Shown here piece after piece: positions 27,191 to 37,452 of a stretch of 52,411 bases of DNA. Numbering within the stretch: position 1 is the first letter of the stretch; each line of letters starts with the position of its first letter. The translations under genes and the position numbers were made by a program. Source of the DNA: Prosthecobacter sp. (lineage in GTDB: Bacteria > Verrucomicrobiota > Verrucomicrobiia > Verrucomicrobiales > Verrucomicrobiaceae); the NCBI RefSeq assembly GCF_044373815.1, contig NZ_JBIPNG010000001.1, positions 1 to 52,411 of the forward strand. The letters are read 5' to 3'. The notes under the pieces are model-generated. The model was not told the DNA's origin and made no database searches. It was given only the letters and a program-made list of their open reading frames with translations.

Positions 27191-27246
27191 CTCTCTCACT
27201 ACTCAGCGCAGAGCACGTGGAAAGTGCGGTGTATGCGCGAAACGAG

Positions 27247-29241
27247 CTATTTTGCCTGCGGATTTCGCAGGTAATAGAGATGCCCGTCCTCCGCGCCGCC
27301 GACGAAGTCCGGCAGACCGTCAGCGTTGAAATCTACCGTGGTGGGGCTCACGTCGTGGCCTTCGATGTTGGCATCAATGAGAAGGCCCATGTCGGTGAAG
27401 AACCATTTGCCATCGCCGCTGGAGGTCTGGCGGATGAAATTGGCGTTGGCGGAGTTGAGCAGGATGTCGAGCTTGCCGTCTTTGTCCCAGTCCATGATGC
27501 AGATCTTGCGCCTGCCGCTTTTACCGGCGATGCCAGCATTCAGACGCAGCGGTTCGCCGGGCTTCATGGCGACAGGTGTTTTCACTTTGACCGCCTTGTC
27601 CGCTGCCGCAGGTGCTTGCACCTCCTGCGCTGCGCACAGCACACGCTGCGGATGCTTGAGGATCAGTTTGCCATCCTGCTTCGCCCGCTCAAAAAACGCG
27701 AGGTAGCCTTCCTGATCGAGCATGATGAGATCGATAAGACCATCCTTGTTCCAATCCACGGCGACTGGCGTGGTGCGCCACTGGGTGAGCAGCGCCTTGC
27801 CTTCCGGACGCAGCCAGCCATAGGCGAGCGTAGGCTGAGGGCCGTTCCATTCGACCTCCACAGGCTGCGCTGCGGCAAGCTGCGGCTTTTGGCGTGTGCC
27901 GATGTTTTGATACCACACGACTTTGCCGAGGATGGAATTCAGCAAAAGATCTGGCAGGCCATCGCCATCCCAATCCGCCACGGTCTGTGTGGTGTAGCCC
28001 CACTTCGCCTCACAGGGGCCCTGAATGCTGCCATTGCCGCCAGCCATCGGTCGGATGACTTTGCCCGCAGCTTCCAGGCGCACAGGCGCGGCCCACTTCG
28101 GCGTCTCCACGCCTTTGCCGCTGAGGTTTTCAATGAAGCCGACGTAGCCCGCCGTGTTTCCACAAATAAGGTCCATGTCTCCATCGCCATCCCAGTCGAA
28201 ACCGACAGGCGTGACGAGCGCGCCAAACTTCACCTGATCCGCCTCCTGCTGGAAGTAGCGGGGCTCGGCATAGACGGGCGCTTTGTTTTCAAATTTGCCG
28301 GTGTTTTCGATGAAGGCTACGCGTCCGTCTTCGTCGCCGCAGATGAGGTCAAGGTCGCCGTCCTTGTCCCAGTCGATCGCGGTGGGCGTGATCATTTCGA
28401 GATCCATCGTGAGATAGCGGCCCGTGTCGGCCTTCAGGCGGACGCTGAGTTCATATTTCGGCTTGGTGCGCGTACCGGTGTTTTGAAAATAGGTGAAGCC
28501 GTCGAGGAACTCGCCGCAGAGCAGGTCGAGGTCGCCATCGCCATCGAAGTCCGCAAAGTTCGGCGAAGGCCAGCCAAAGGTTTCAACCGGGCGGTCAGTG
28601 GCCATGATTTTCTTGGGCTTGTCGTAGGCGGGCTTGTCGTTCGTGCCGGTGTTGCGCAGCAGATACACATAGCCGCGAATGGGGCCGTTCATCCAACGGC
28701 CGTTTTCGTTGTAGGCGTTGTCCCAGCCGTACTCGGTCCAGTCGCCGACGCCGACGATGAGATCGTTGTTTCCGTCACCATCGAAATCCACCATGCGCCA
28801 CATGTCGGCGCGGATTTTGTTGGGATGGACTTTTGCGTCCACGGGCAGCTTCTGCTCGTGATCCAGACCGGTTTTGAGAAAGTCGGGATACTCTTTGCCG
28901 GGCGAAAGCACCCGTGGCTTGCCATCCACATAGCTGACCTGCACATTCTGCTTTCCTGCACTGATGCGCCTGGCAGGCTTGAACACCGGCATCTTGTTTT
29001 TCGACGTGTCTCCACTGGCGTTCTCGAAGAAATAGGTGCCGTTGTAGGGCTTGTCGGGACAGTTCACCACGAGGTCGAGATCGCCATCGCCATCGAAGTC
29101 CATCGGCAGCGGCCACGCCCACAAACCCACACCGAGATCGACCACGAGGCCGGGGTTGTTGTACTTGAGCGGCGCGAGGCCGTCGGCGGCAAAAGCGTGG
29201 CTACAGAGACAGGCAAGCAGGAGGGGTTGGAGGAGCTTCAT
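27247..29241 (-). CDS. Secreted FG-GAP/VCBS repeat protein
   Basis: Signal peptide; many DxDGDGDxD repeats (DFDGDGDLD, DWDKDGDLD, DWDGDGLPD, DFNADGLPD). Confidence 0.88.
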   Translation of the reverse strand: MKLLQPLLLACLCSHAFAADGLAPLKYNNPGLVVDLGVGLWAWPLPMDFDGDGDLDLVVNCPDKPYNGTYFFENASGDTSKNKMPVFKPARRISAGKQNVQVSYVDGKPRVLSPGKEYPDFLKTGLDHEQKLPVDAKVHPNKIRADMWRMVDFDGDGNNDLIVGVGDWTEYGWDNAYNENGRWMNGPIRGYVYLLRNTGTNDKPAYDKPKKIMATDRPVETFGWPSPNFADFDGDGDLDLLCGEFLDGFTYFQNTGTRTKPKYELSVRLKADTGRYLTMDLEMITPTAIDWDKDGDLDLICGDEDGRVAFIENTGKFENKAPVYAEPRYFQQEADQVKFGALVTPVGFDWDGDGDMDLICGNTAGYVGFIENLSGKGVETPKWAAPVRLEAAGKVIRPMAGGNGSIQGPCEAKWGYTTQTVADWDGDGLPDLLLNSILGKVVWYQNIGTRQKPQLAAAQPVEVEWNGPQPTLAYGWLRPEGKALLTQWRTTPVAVDWNKDGLIDLIMLDQEGYLAFFERAKQDGKLILKHPQRVLCAAQEVQAPAAADKAVKVKTPVAMKPGEPLRLNAGIAGKSGRRKICIMDWDKDGKLDILLNSANANFIRQTSSGDGKWFFTDMGLLIDANIEGHDVSPTTVDFNADGLPDFVGGAEDGHLYYLRNPQAK

Positions 29242-29255
29242 GGTTGGGAAAACAA

Positions 29256-30860
29256 TCAACGCGACAGAGTGCCGCACACATTCACCTGCATGCCAAGAGC
29301 GCGGGCCATCGCCGCCTTGGCAAACATGCAGTCGTCCGCCGCCTTGGCGTCATTCGCATAGGCGACCTGGACGTGATTGGCCTGATGCTTGGCCATGAGC
29401 TGATCACGGCTCACGCCATAGGTCACCGCGCTCATGATCGGCCATTGCGGTGTGGTGAGCTGCCAGCGGCGCTCGGTTTCCTCACGTGGAAGATCGACCA
29501 CACAGCCGCGGCCGATGTCCATGTGCAGCGCTTCATCCTGCACGTAGATGCGCGACCAGACGATCTCGCCCGGCTTGGAAATACCACGAAGTGTGGAGCC
29601 GCCGCTCGGGAAGTACATCGCGGGCTGGCGGAAGCCCTCCGCGCTCTTCCAACCTTCAACGAAATGGGCGGGAGGTGCCGCGCCGCTGATGAGAAAGACC
29701 CAGACGTAATCTTTGCCGTATTTTTCGCCCCAGCGCACATCGTGCAGCGTCGTCTCAACCGGCTGCTGCAGCGCGCGATGCACACGCTGCGTGAGCATTC
29801 CGTCCAGCCCGGCGCATTCGTCCACTTCATTGAAATGCAGCAGCGGCTGGCCTTCCAGCAGGGTGCGTTTGCGGTCACGCGACTTCACCGGCGGGCGATC
29901 CGAGTTGTTCAGCATGCCTTCCACGAGATCACTTGCCGGAAGCAAATCCTTCAAGCCCTGCTGATACTGGATGCCGATGGCGTCGCAGCCGAAGTCATCC
30001 GCGATGCGCAGCGCAGCAGCGTACATCTTGCACTGGAGCCGCACCTGATCGCGCGTGAGCTGCATGGCGTGATTGTCGCCAAGCTGAAAGGTCATGCCAT
30101 GCTTCACCACCCAGGTATGGATCGCCAGTGCATCTGAATCGCTGACCTGCATCGTCTCATGGTACAGCGCCGATTGGCTCAGCCGCTCCTTGAACACGCC
30201 GCAAGCATGCAAAGCATGGTCGGGAATGATGGCATTGAACATGCCCATGCAGCCTTCATCAAAGATGCCCATGATGGCCTTGTCCGCACGCAGGGTCGCG
30301 GCCAGTTCCTTGCCCAGGGCCGCGGTCTTTGCGGGCACCTTCACCTTCTCCAGCTTCTGCACGTGGCTGAGATCGTGGGTGATGCTGCCGGACTTGAGCC
30401 ACTGCTTCAGCTTGGTCTTGAAAAAAGTGTCGGTGAAATCCTCGCTCCAGAGCGTCGAGTATTTCACGCCCGCTTTGGTCAACGAGCTATTCAAATTCAG
30501 CATGCCCACCAGCCCAGGCCACTGGCCGCTCCAGTTTGCCACCGTCAAAATCGGGCCGCGATGCGTGGTCAAACCCGCCAGCACATGGTGCGAGTACTGC
30601 CACACTGCTTCCGCCACGATCAGCGGTGCCTCGGGATCGATGCCACGAAACACCTCGATGCCCATCCGTTGCGAATCGATGAACCCGTGCTTCTTGGATG
30701 TGTCCAGCGCATGCGCACGCTTGACCTCCCAGCCCTCCGCCTTCAATGCGGCACCCAGCGCCTCCTCCATGGCGGCCTGCGCCGCCCAGCATGTTTGGTT
30801 GGCAGAAAGGCGCAGGTCACCGCTGGCCACGAGCTGAACGATTTTGGATTTGGATGGCAT
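29256..30860 (-). CDS. L-fucose/D-arabinose isomerase-like protein
   Basis: [41 protein letters not shown]. Confidence 0.7.
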   Translation of the reverse strand: MPSKSKIVQLVASGDLRLSANQTCWAAQAAMEEALGAALKAEGWEVKRAHALDTSKKHGFIDSQRMGIEVFRGIDPEAPLIVAEAVWQYSHHVLAGLTTHRGPILTVANWSGQWPGLVGMLNLNSSLTKAGVKYSTLWSEDFTDTFFKTKLKQWLKSGSITHDLSHVQKLEKVKVPAKTAALGKELAATLRADKAIMGIFDEGCMGMFNAIIPDHALHACGVFKERLSQSALYHETMQVSDSDALAIHTWVVKHGMTFQLGDNHAMQLTRDQVRLQCKMYAAALRIADDFGCDAIGIQYQQGLKDLLPASDLVEGMLNNSDRPPVKSRDRKRTLLEGQPLLHFNEVDECAGLDGMLTQRVHRALQQPVETTLHDVRWGEKYGKDYVWVFLISGAAPPAHFVEGWKSAEGFRQPAMYFPSGGSTLRGISKPGEIVWSRIYVQDEALHMDIGRGCVVDLPREETERRWQLTTPQWPIMSAVTYGVSRDQLMAKHQANHVQVAYANDAKAADDCMFAKAAMARALGMQVNVCGTLSR

Positions 30861-30912
30861 AAACCACATCTTAGCAACGAGACTAGCAGTTCACCAGCAC
30901 AAGTCACAACTC

Positions 30913-30953
30913 GCACCAGATGCGCATCCTTGGCACCTGGATGACCATCCTTG
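30913..30953. repeat. Imperfect tandem repeat of a palindrome-containing unit (operator candidate)
   Basis: GCACCAGATGCGCATCCTTG / GCACCTGGATGACCATCCTTG; each contains GATG-N2-CATC. Confidence 0.45.
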
Positions 30954-30964
30954 ATCTAGCCGCC

Positions 30965-33082
30965 TTATTTTGCTTCGGCACGGAAACGGGGATCATCCCA
31001 GGCGAACGGCGGGCGCTTGCCCAGCAGGAGATCATAGATGTTGTGGTTCGTCTTCATCATCTCGGCCAGCATGTCCTTCCACGGGCGATCCGCCACACTG
31101 ACGAGGCCGGTGTTGTAGCTCTCTCCATTGTACTTGCTGAACCAGCGGCCGGTCGTCGCCTGATCAATGAGGGTGAACCACTCAATGCCAATGACAAAAC
31201 CCAGGGCGGCGCTCTGCTCGACGTAGTTGCGGTAGGCCAGTCCCCGCTCCTGCTGGCTGCTGACTTCACGCCCGCCCACCAACCCGCTGTCCTTGGGCGA
31301 GGCCCAGAAGAACTCGCTGAGCATCATCGGCTTGTTGCCGGTCCATTCGTGGAAGCGCTTCAACGCCGCCGTATCCACTCCCATGGTGTAGTAATTGTAG
31401 GATACGACATCGAGATGCCTGCCCATCATACGGCAAAGCTGCTCGTCGTTGATCGTCACGGGCTGCAAACGGCTGCCGATGAGCATGTGATTGGTGTCGT
31501 GCTGGCGGAACAGTTTTTCGATCTGCGCGAAGTAGGTTTCCATGAACGCATTCACATAGGCTTTCATATCTGCTTTGGCCGCGTCCGTCGTCACGGCGAG
31601 CCCGACGTCGATCAGTTCATCAAAAGAGGCCGCTTTGAGCTGCCATGCGGTGTTGAAGACATCGACGGAGTGATACTTGTCCTTCAGCACCGCCACCAGG
31701 CGACGCTTGCAGGCTTCTTTGCCGGTGAGAGAGGGAACGACGAGTGAGATTTCATCGTAACGCGGCTCATTCACGATGAAGTAGCCGATGAGCAGCGGAT
31801 CATTGGCGCGCGCTGGCAGCTCACGCGCGAGGTTTTCGGCGATCTTTTGCGCTGTCGCTGCATCATACGGATCCCACACCTCATGCACGCCGGGTATGCG
31901 TGGCACGCCTTCCCAGGCATTGATCGGCAGGCTGGTCACATACGGGAAATCGGCCTTCACATGCGTCTTCTCGGGCGTGGGGCTGAACGCGCCGATGGAG
32001 TTGAAGCCCCACTTGCGCACCCGCTCGATCATGCGTGTGGCATGCGTTTCATAGTCATAGGGAGCGCCGAACTTGCGGATCACGTTCGCGAGATAGAAGG
32101 AGAAATTCGCATCCCCATCGCCGGGCCGGAAGGCACTGGCAAACTCACCCTCTGCCTTTGGCAACCACTCGTAGATGCCCTCACGACCTGTGACGTAGGT
32201 GTAGTCATCGCTCGGGGCGAAGCCGCAGATGCCGAGGTGAAAGAAAGCGTTCCCATCGGGATCAACAAGCCATGACTTGTCCTGCTTCTGCTCCACATGA
32301 AAGAAGCCGGTCTTCTTCAGGCCCAACGCCTCACCGCTGCCGAGCTGGCCGCCGAAACGATCCAGCTTTGGCGTTTCGATGCTTGCGTAGTAACTCTTGT
32401 CCGCCTCCACATCAGCCTTCAGGTCTTCCGGGTTTTTGAGCTTGTTCGGGAACGAATCTTTGAGGCTCTGACCAAAGGGATCAATCAACTTCGCGACGGC
32501 AGCGAGATCTGAAGTGATGCGAATTTTCGCCGTTGGCTGGTCCTTATTGTACGGCACCATGAAGTACCAATTGTAGATGGCCCAGTTCCACTCACGGTTG
32601 TCGGTGAGTTGCTGAAACGAATAATCCGGCGTGGTGAAGCTCAGGCTCTGCCCCTGCGCATTCTTCAGCACGAAGCTCGTGCTGTTCAGGCTCGCGAACT
32701 GAGGTGGCGTGGACTTTTCCGCCGGAAACCTGCCCTCCTTCTCAGCAATTTTCCACTCGCCGCCTTTAGCGAAACCGATGTCGATGAGCACAGACATCTT
32801 CCACGACTTCACCCCTTCCGGCATGCCTTTGAAAGTGAGCTCAATCTCATCCTTGCTGATGGAAACCGCGCACTCCGCCCCGCCTTCATAGCGTACCGTT
32901 GCATTCGCACCCACCACTTTCACCTCGATCTGTTTGTGCACCGGATCAAACTCAGGATAGGTCAGCGTGAAGCTGCCCAGACTCCCGGCGGAAATTTCGA
33001 TGCCTGCGCCAGTGGATTGAAGTTCAGCGGCAGATGCTGTCAGACAAACAAGCCAGATCAGGCCAAGTAAGAAGGATTTCAT
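30965..33082 (-). CDS. Secreted clan GH-A glycoside hydrolase, GH50 (beta-agarase)-like
   Basis: TGFFHVE..WLVDPDG, WGFNSIG, LIGYFIVNEP (acid/base), DVVSYNYY, PMMLSEF (nucleophile), DQATTGR..GESYNTG. Confidence 0.75.
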   Translation of the reverse strand: MKSFLLGLIWLVCLTASAAELQSTGAGIEISAGSLGSFTLTYPEFDPVHKQIEVKVVGANATVRYEGGAECAVSISKDEIELTFKGMPEGVKSWKMSVLIDIGFAKGGEWKIAEKEGRFPAEKSTPPQFASLNSTSFVLKNAQGQSLSFTTPDYSFQQLTDNREWNWAIYNWYFMVPYNKDQPTAKIRITSDLAAVAKLIDPFGQSLKDSFPNKLKNPEDLKADVEADKSYYASIETPKLDRFGGQLGSGEALGLKKTGFFHVEQKQDKSWLVDPDGNAFFHLGICGFAPSDDYTYVTGREGIYEWLPKAEGEFASAFRPGDGDANFSFYLANVIRKFGAPYDYETHATRMIERVRKWGFNSIGAFSPTPEKTHVKADFPYVTSLPINAWEGVPRIPGVHEVWDPYDAATAQKIAENLARELPARANDPLLIGYFIVNEPRYDEISLVVPSLTGKEACKRRLVAVLKDKYHSVDVFNTAWQLKAASFDELIDVGLAVTTDAAKADMKAYVNAFMETYFAQIEKLFRQHDTNHMLIGSRLQPVTINDEQLCRMMGRHLDVVSYNYYTMGVDTAALKRFHEWTGNKPMMLSEFFWASPKDSGLVGGREVSSQQERGLAYRNYVEQSAALGFVIGIEWFTLIDQATTGRWFSKYNGESYNTGLVSVADRPWKDMLAEMMKTNHNIYDLLLGKRPPFAWDDPRFRAEAK

Positions 33083-33104
33083 AACATGCTAAGACGGGCT
33101 GAGC

Positions 33105-34514
33105 TCAAACCTTCTGGGTTTTCCACCGGCCACGTTTGAATAGCAGGCCGCTGAAGATGGCAAGCAACGAGTAGGAAACGGGAACCGAGACAAACGCGCC
33201 GACAGGGCCAAAGGCGAAGGTTTTTGAAAACAGCCACGCGATGGGAATCTGGCCTATCCAGAGACAGAGGAAATTCAGTCGTGCGGGCGTCCAGGTGTCA
33301 CCGGAACCATTGAACGCGGCCTCGAAGCACATGCCGGCCGCGTAAAGTGGGAAAGCAAGGCTCACGACCCACAATGCCTGTGTGCCGTACGCCACCACCT
33401 CAGGATCTTGGGTGAACAAACGAATCAGCGGATGTGCGCACAGCACGAAGAAGATCCCGATCAAGCTCAGGACGATGACGTCGAACTTCACGGCGATCTT
33501 GACCGCTGCCTCCGCACGCTCTGGCTTATGTGCGCCGAGATTCTGCCCCACCAAGGTGGCTCCGGCATTGGCCAGCCCCCATGCGGGCATCAGCGCAAAC
33601 ACCACAATGCGTATCGCAATCGTGTAACCTGCCAGCGCCGAACTGCCGAAGAGCGCGAGAATTTTGAACAGCCCCACCCAGCTCGTCGTGCTGATGAGAA
33701 GCTGGATGATGCCGCTGCCGGACTTGCTGAGCACCGCGCTGATTACCTCCCTCTCAGGTTTGAAATGCTGCCAGCGCACTTTCACGCGGCTGTGATGCCC
33801 TGCGAGATGCCAGAGCTGATACAGCACGCCAATGCCGCGGCCAATGTTCGTCGCCACCGCCGCACCCGTGACGCCAAGTTCGGGAATAATCCACCAGCCG
33901 AAAATGAAGCACGGCCCCAGCACGATGTTCAGCGCATTCGCCAGCCACAGTGTGCGCATGGCGATCACAGCATCACCCGCACCACGAAAGATGGCGTTGA
34001 TGAGGAAGATCAAAAATACCGTGGCATTGCCGCCTAACATCATGCGGGCAAAACCGGTGCCGAGCGTCACGATCTCCTCACCCGCACCCATCAGCCGCAG
34101 AATATCAGGGGCGAAATACCCGAGCACGATGCCAATGCCAGTCGCCGCAAGCAAGCCCAGCAGCACGATCTGCCCCGCCGCCTGTGCTGCGAGCTCCGGC
34201 TCCTTTTCACCAATGCGGCGTGAAATAATCGCCGTGGCAGCAATCGATATGCCAATCGCCACCGCATAAATGAGCGTCATGATCGACTCCGTGAGGCCCA
34301 CGACGGCCACGGCCTCCTTTCCGAGATGAGAAACCCAGAAAACATCCGCCACAGCGAACAGCGACTCCATGACCATCTCCAGCACCATCGGCACCGCGAG
34401 CAGGATGACCGCACGATTCAGTGGCAGCGCGGTGTAGTCATGCTGCTCCGCACCACGCAACGACTGCCGCACGCTCTGCCAGAATGAAACCGGTGGTGAC
34501 GCCTCTTCACTCAT
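33105..34514 (-). CDS. MATE family efflux transporter
   Basis: LAVPMVLEM..ESLFAVAD, FRGAGDA, LGVTGAAVAT, LVGQNLGA. Confidence 0.92.
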   Translation of the reverse strand: MSEEASPPVSFWQSVRQSLRGAEQHDYTALPLNRAVILLAVPMVLEMVMESLFAVADVFWVSHLGKEAVAVVGLTESIMTLIYAVAIGISIAATAIISRRIGEKEPELAAQAAGQIVLLGLLAATGIGIVLGYFAPDILRLMGAGEEIVTLGTGFARMMLGGNATVFLIFLINAIFRGAGDAVIAMRTLWLANALNIVLGPCFIFGWWIIPELGVTGAAVATNIGRGIGVLYQLWHLAGHHSRVKVRWQHFKPEREVISAVLSKSGSGIIQLLISTTSWVGLFKILALFGSSALAGYTIAIRIVVFALMPAWGLANAGATLVGQNLGAHKPERAEAAVKIAVKFDVIVLSLIGIFFVLCAHPLIRLFTQDPEVVAYGTQALWVVSLAFPLYAAGMCFEAAFNGSGDTWTPARLNFLCLWIGQIPIAWLFSKTFAFGPVGAFVSVPVSYSLLAIFSGLLFKRGRWKTQKV

Positions 34515-34952
34515 TCAAGGCAGTCTTCCCTCATCCACATCAATATATTTCGTGATGGTCTGGATGTCATCACGATCACCAAGACCGCCATCGGCTTTTC
34601 GTTTTGCCAATATGTCCGTGATATGATCATTGATGCCGAGTTTCAGGATGTAGTAGTTCCAGACGAGCTTGTCGGTGTCATTCAGCTGGCGGCCGTGCAC
34701 CTGGCACCAGTGCAAAATCTCCTCATCCGCCCCACCCTCCAGCACGCGGCCCTTGAGATCGTCATAGTTCACATGCAGGAATCCGACGCAGCTGCCGTCA
34801 CTGCCTTTGCCCAGATTCGCATGCAAATCCTCCCACAGCTTGCCAGCGGCATGCAGACGGATCTTGCCCAGCATGCGCGGGAAGTATTTCAAACCGGCGG
34901 TTTCATCGAGTGGACTGCAAGGCAGCGTGGCGGGATCAGGTTTGGCGGACAT
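34515..34952 (-). CDS. DUF5069-like protein
   Basis: SP...GLKYFPRMLGKIR, G.D...FL.V.Y, DEEILHW, IDVDEGR. Confidence 0.7.
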   Translation of the reverse strand: MSAKPDPATLPCSPLDETAGLKYFPRMLGKIRLHAAGKLWEDLHANLGKGSDGSCVGFLHVNYDDLKGRVLEGGADEEILHWCQVHGRQLNDTDKLVWNYYILKLGINDHITDILAKRKADGGLGDRDDIQTITKYIDVDEGRLP

Positions 34953-35020
34953 GACGGATGCGTCGCCGGTGCCGCGAATTTGTCAATCAGGTGCTGCTCA
35001 TCTGCAGCGACAGAAATGCT

Positions 35021-36352
35021 TCAAAACTTCCGCCATCCCCAGCCGAGCGCGAAAAGGGCGGCGCTCCAGGTGACGATGCAGATGCCCCACCACACGCCCC
35101 ACAGCCCCCAGCCAAGCGTGAAGGCCAGGGTGTGAAACACCACCACGGGTGCGACGAGCTGCCGGTAGATGCCCATCCACAGACCATAGGCAGGCTGTTT
35201 GATGCCCTGCATGGCAAAGACGGTGACAAACAAAATCGGGTAGGCCGCAAGAGTCAGTGATGAGCTGAGCAAGTAGTTCCGACCATGCCCGATCACGATC
35301 GGATCCTGGCTGAACATCCTCATGGCAGGCACACGCAACAGCCAAACGAGCAAGCCGCCGATCAGCATCAGCCCCGCGCCAATCTTCACATTCGTCACCC
35401 AGGCCTCGCGCACGCGGAGCGGGAGTCCTGCACCGTGATTCTGCCCTACGATGCTCAGCACCGCTGAATTCAGACCGATGGCAGGCATGAGCACAATCTG
35501 CTCGACGCGTGTGGCGATGCCCGTGGCCGCCACAGCTTCTTTGCCGAAGTGCTTCACGAACCAAGTGATGACAAACACCCCCAGCGAGATGGTGAGCATG
35601 TTCAGCGCCGCTGGAATTGCCTGTCCTGCAATCCGCCGCAGCACCTGCAGATCAGGTTTGAAATCATCCCGCCGCAGATTGCGGCAATAGTCCGCCTTGC
35701 TGACATGAGACCACAGAAAAACTCCACCGCCCATCTGCACAAGCACCGTGGCCAGCGCGATGCCGGCCACGCCCAGTGCTGGCAACCCCGTCCAGCCCCA
35801 CATCAGCACAGGATTGAGCACGATGTTCGCCACGAAGCCGACGATGAGAAAATTTCGATACACCCAGGTGGTGCCCTGCGCAGACAGCGCTGAGTTCAGG
35901 ATCATCGGCAGCAAAAAGAACACCCCTCCGGCAAGGATCACGTGCATGTAATCCAGCACGGCACTCAAATAACTGCCCTCGGCGCCGAGCAGCCGAAACA
36001 ACCCCGGGGCCACCAGCCAGCCCACGCTGGAAAGCAGCACACCCGCCGTGGTGGCAAACACCAGCGACTGCGCGAACACCCTGCGTGCCTCCGCCGCATG
36101 CCCCGCGCCCAGCGCATTCGCCAGCAAGGCCGTGGTGCCCTGGCTGATGCCGCTGCCGATGGCAAACACAACGAAGTACAACGGAAACGACAGCGACAGC
36201 GCCGCCAGCGAGTCTGTGCCCAGCCAGCCAGCGCATAGCGTGTCCACGACATTGAACATCGTGTTGAAAAACATGCCCACACTCATCGGCAGCGCGATGC
36301 GCCAGATGAGCTGGGGAATGGGATCAGTGGTGAGCGACAGCGGCTGCTTCAT
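35021..36352 (-). CDS. MATE family efflux transporter
   Basis: IALPMSVGMFFNTMFNVVDT, LGVAGIALAT, VGQNHGA; ATGA-coupled to the DinB gene. Confidence 0.9.
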   Translation of the reverse strand: MKQPLSLTTDPIPQLIWRIALPMSVGMFFNTMFNVVDTLCAGWLGTDSLAALSLSFPLYFVVFAIGSGISQGTTALLANALGAGHAAEARRVFAQSLVFATTAGVLLSSVGWLVAPGLFRLLGAEGSYLSAVLDYMHVILAGGVFFLLPMILNSALSAQGTTWVYRNFLIVGFVANIVLNPVLMWGWTGLPALGVAGIALATVLVQMGGGVFLWSHVSKADYCRNLRRDDFKPDLQVLRRIAGQAIPAALNMLTISLGVFVITWFVKHFGKEAVAATGIATRVEQIVLMPAIGLNSAVLSIVGQNHGAGLPLRVREAWVTNVKIGAGLMLIGGLLVWLLRVPAMRMFSQDPIVIGHGRNYLLSSSLTLAAYPILFVTVFAMQGIKQPAYGLWMGIYRQLVAPVVVFHTLAFTLGWGLWGVWWGICIVTWSAALFALGWGWRKF

Positions 36353-36933
36353 CGGTCCAATCCTAGCAGGATGCTTTGAATCTGCGCACGATGAATGCCC
36401 ATGTGCGTGCCAGCCATTGCCGCCCACCCGAAAGCATCCAGTGGGCCGAACCACGGATGTGCAAACCGCACCTTGGTCTTCAAATCGGATGCTTCAGTGA
36501 TCGCAGCAAGCACTCCATCACACGAACGCTCAAAGTCCGCCTCGACGGTTGCAGTCACCGAGACACTCGGTTTGACCGCCGCCGTGCTCGCCTTTCCCGG
36601 CGGCACATTCCCATGAGTGAGTGCGTTGATGACTCGTGCGAAGGCGATGTTGGTGATGCGCAGATGATCCAGCGTCATCCACACGGACCAGTCGCGGCTG
36701 CTGTCCTCTAGGCCGGGTAAACGAGCGATGAGCACCTGCTCACCACGCTGCGCTTCAGGGCATGATCCCACCAGCGCACGGATCGCCGCACGCTCCTGCT
36801 CAAACTTGGTCACAAAAGCCTCACGATTGCCGCGAAGGCGTGTCAGCGCGAATAACAGCCTGGCGACCCAAAGTTCGATGACTGGCAGACCGGCGCCCGG
36901 CGGGGCGAGTTGAGAATAAGTACTGGTGCTCAT
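36349..36933 (-). CDS. DinB superfamily protein
   Basis: WSVWMTLDHL, HPWFGPL, HMGIH (His triad pattern). Confidence 0.8.
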   Translation of the reverse strand: MSTSTYSQLAPPGAGLPVIELWVARLLFALTRLRGNREAFVTKFEQERAAIRALVGSCPEAQRGEQVLIARLPGLEDSSRDWSVWMTLDHLRITNIAFARVINALTHGNVPPGKASTAAVKPSVSVTATVEADFERSCDGVLAAITEASDLKTKVRFAHPWFGPLDAFGWAAMAGTHMGIHRAQIQSILLGLDR

Positions 36934-36952
36934 GCGAGCAAAATTGTGCATT

Positions 36953-36991
36953 GCTTGCATTATGCAAGTTTTTTACTTTTGAAACGCAAGT
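36953..36991. promoter_or_regulatory. Two tandem palindromic operator candidates (RCTT-N9-AAGT), 22 bp apart
   Basis: GCTTGCATTATGCAAGT (36953-36969) and ACTTTTGAAACGCAAGT (36975-36991) in the divergent dinB/hxlR gap. Confidence 0.65.
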
Positions 36992-37011
36992 ATTTGGAAT
37001 CATAGTCCCCC

Positions 37012-37395
37012 ATGCCCAAGGCCAAAGCATCCAAACGCCCGCTCAAGGCGCCACCGACATCCTCACGCCGCTCCCCCTGCCCTGTGTCCTGTGCACTCGA
37101 CCTGTTTGGCGACCGGTGGACGCTTCTTGTCATCCGCGATCTCATGCTGGGCCGCAGCCGCTTCAAAGACTTTGTCAGCTCTCCCGAAGGCATTCCCACC
37201 AACATCCTCAGCGACCGCCTCGAACGTCTTCTCGAAGCAGACATTATCCGCCAGATCCCCGCCTCTGACGGTGGCAAGCGCATGGCCTACGAACTCACTG
37301 AGAAAGGCGATTCCCTCCGGCCAGTTATGAAGTCCATCCGTGACTGGGGGCTCGCCTGGGAACCGGGCACGAAAGCCATCTTGCAGCAAAGCTGA
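37012..37395 (+). CDS. HxlR family winged-helix transcriptional regulator
   Basis: RSPCPVSCALDLFGDRWTLLVIRDL, EGIPTNILSDRL, YELTEKG. Confidence 0.9.
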   Translation: MPKAKASKRPLKAPPTSSRRSPCPVSCALDLFGDRWTLLVIRDLMLGRSRFKDFVSSPEGIPTNILSDRLERLLEADIIRQIPASDGGKRMAYELTEKGDSLRPVMKSIRDWGLAWEPGTKAILQQS

Positions 37396-37452
37396 CCAAG
37401 CCAGTGTCAAAAGACACCGGACTTGACAAGTCTTCTTCATTCACAGCCGGGA

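Noticed and set aside
27217-29361. 714-aa plus-strand ORF
   Set aside because: Antisense shadow of the FG-GAP gene; no recognisable motifs; expected from GC-rich codon bias.
37396-37452. Hairpin CCAGTGTC-AAAA-GACACCGG and palindrome GACTTG-A-CAAGTC between convergent genes
   Set aside because: Possible terminator, but there is no clear U-tract; too weak to call.
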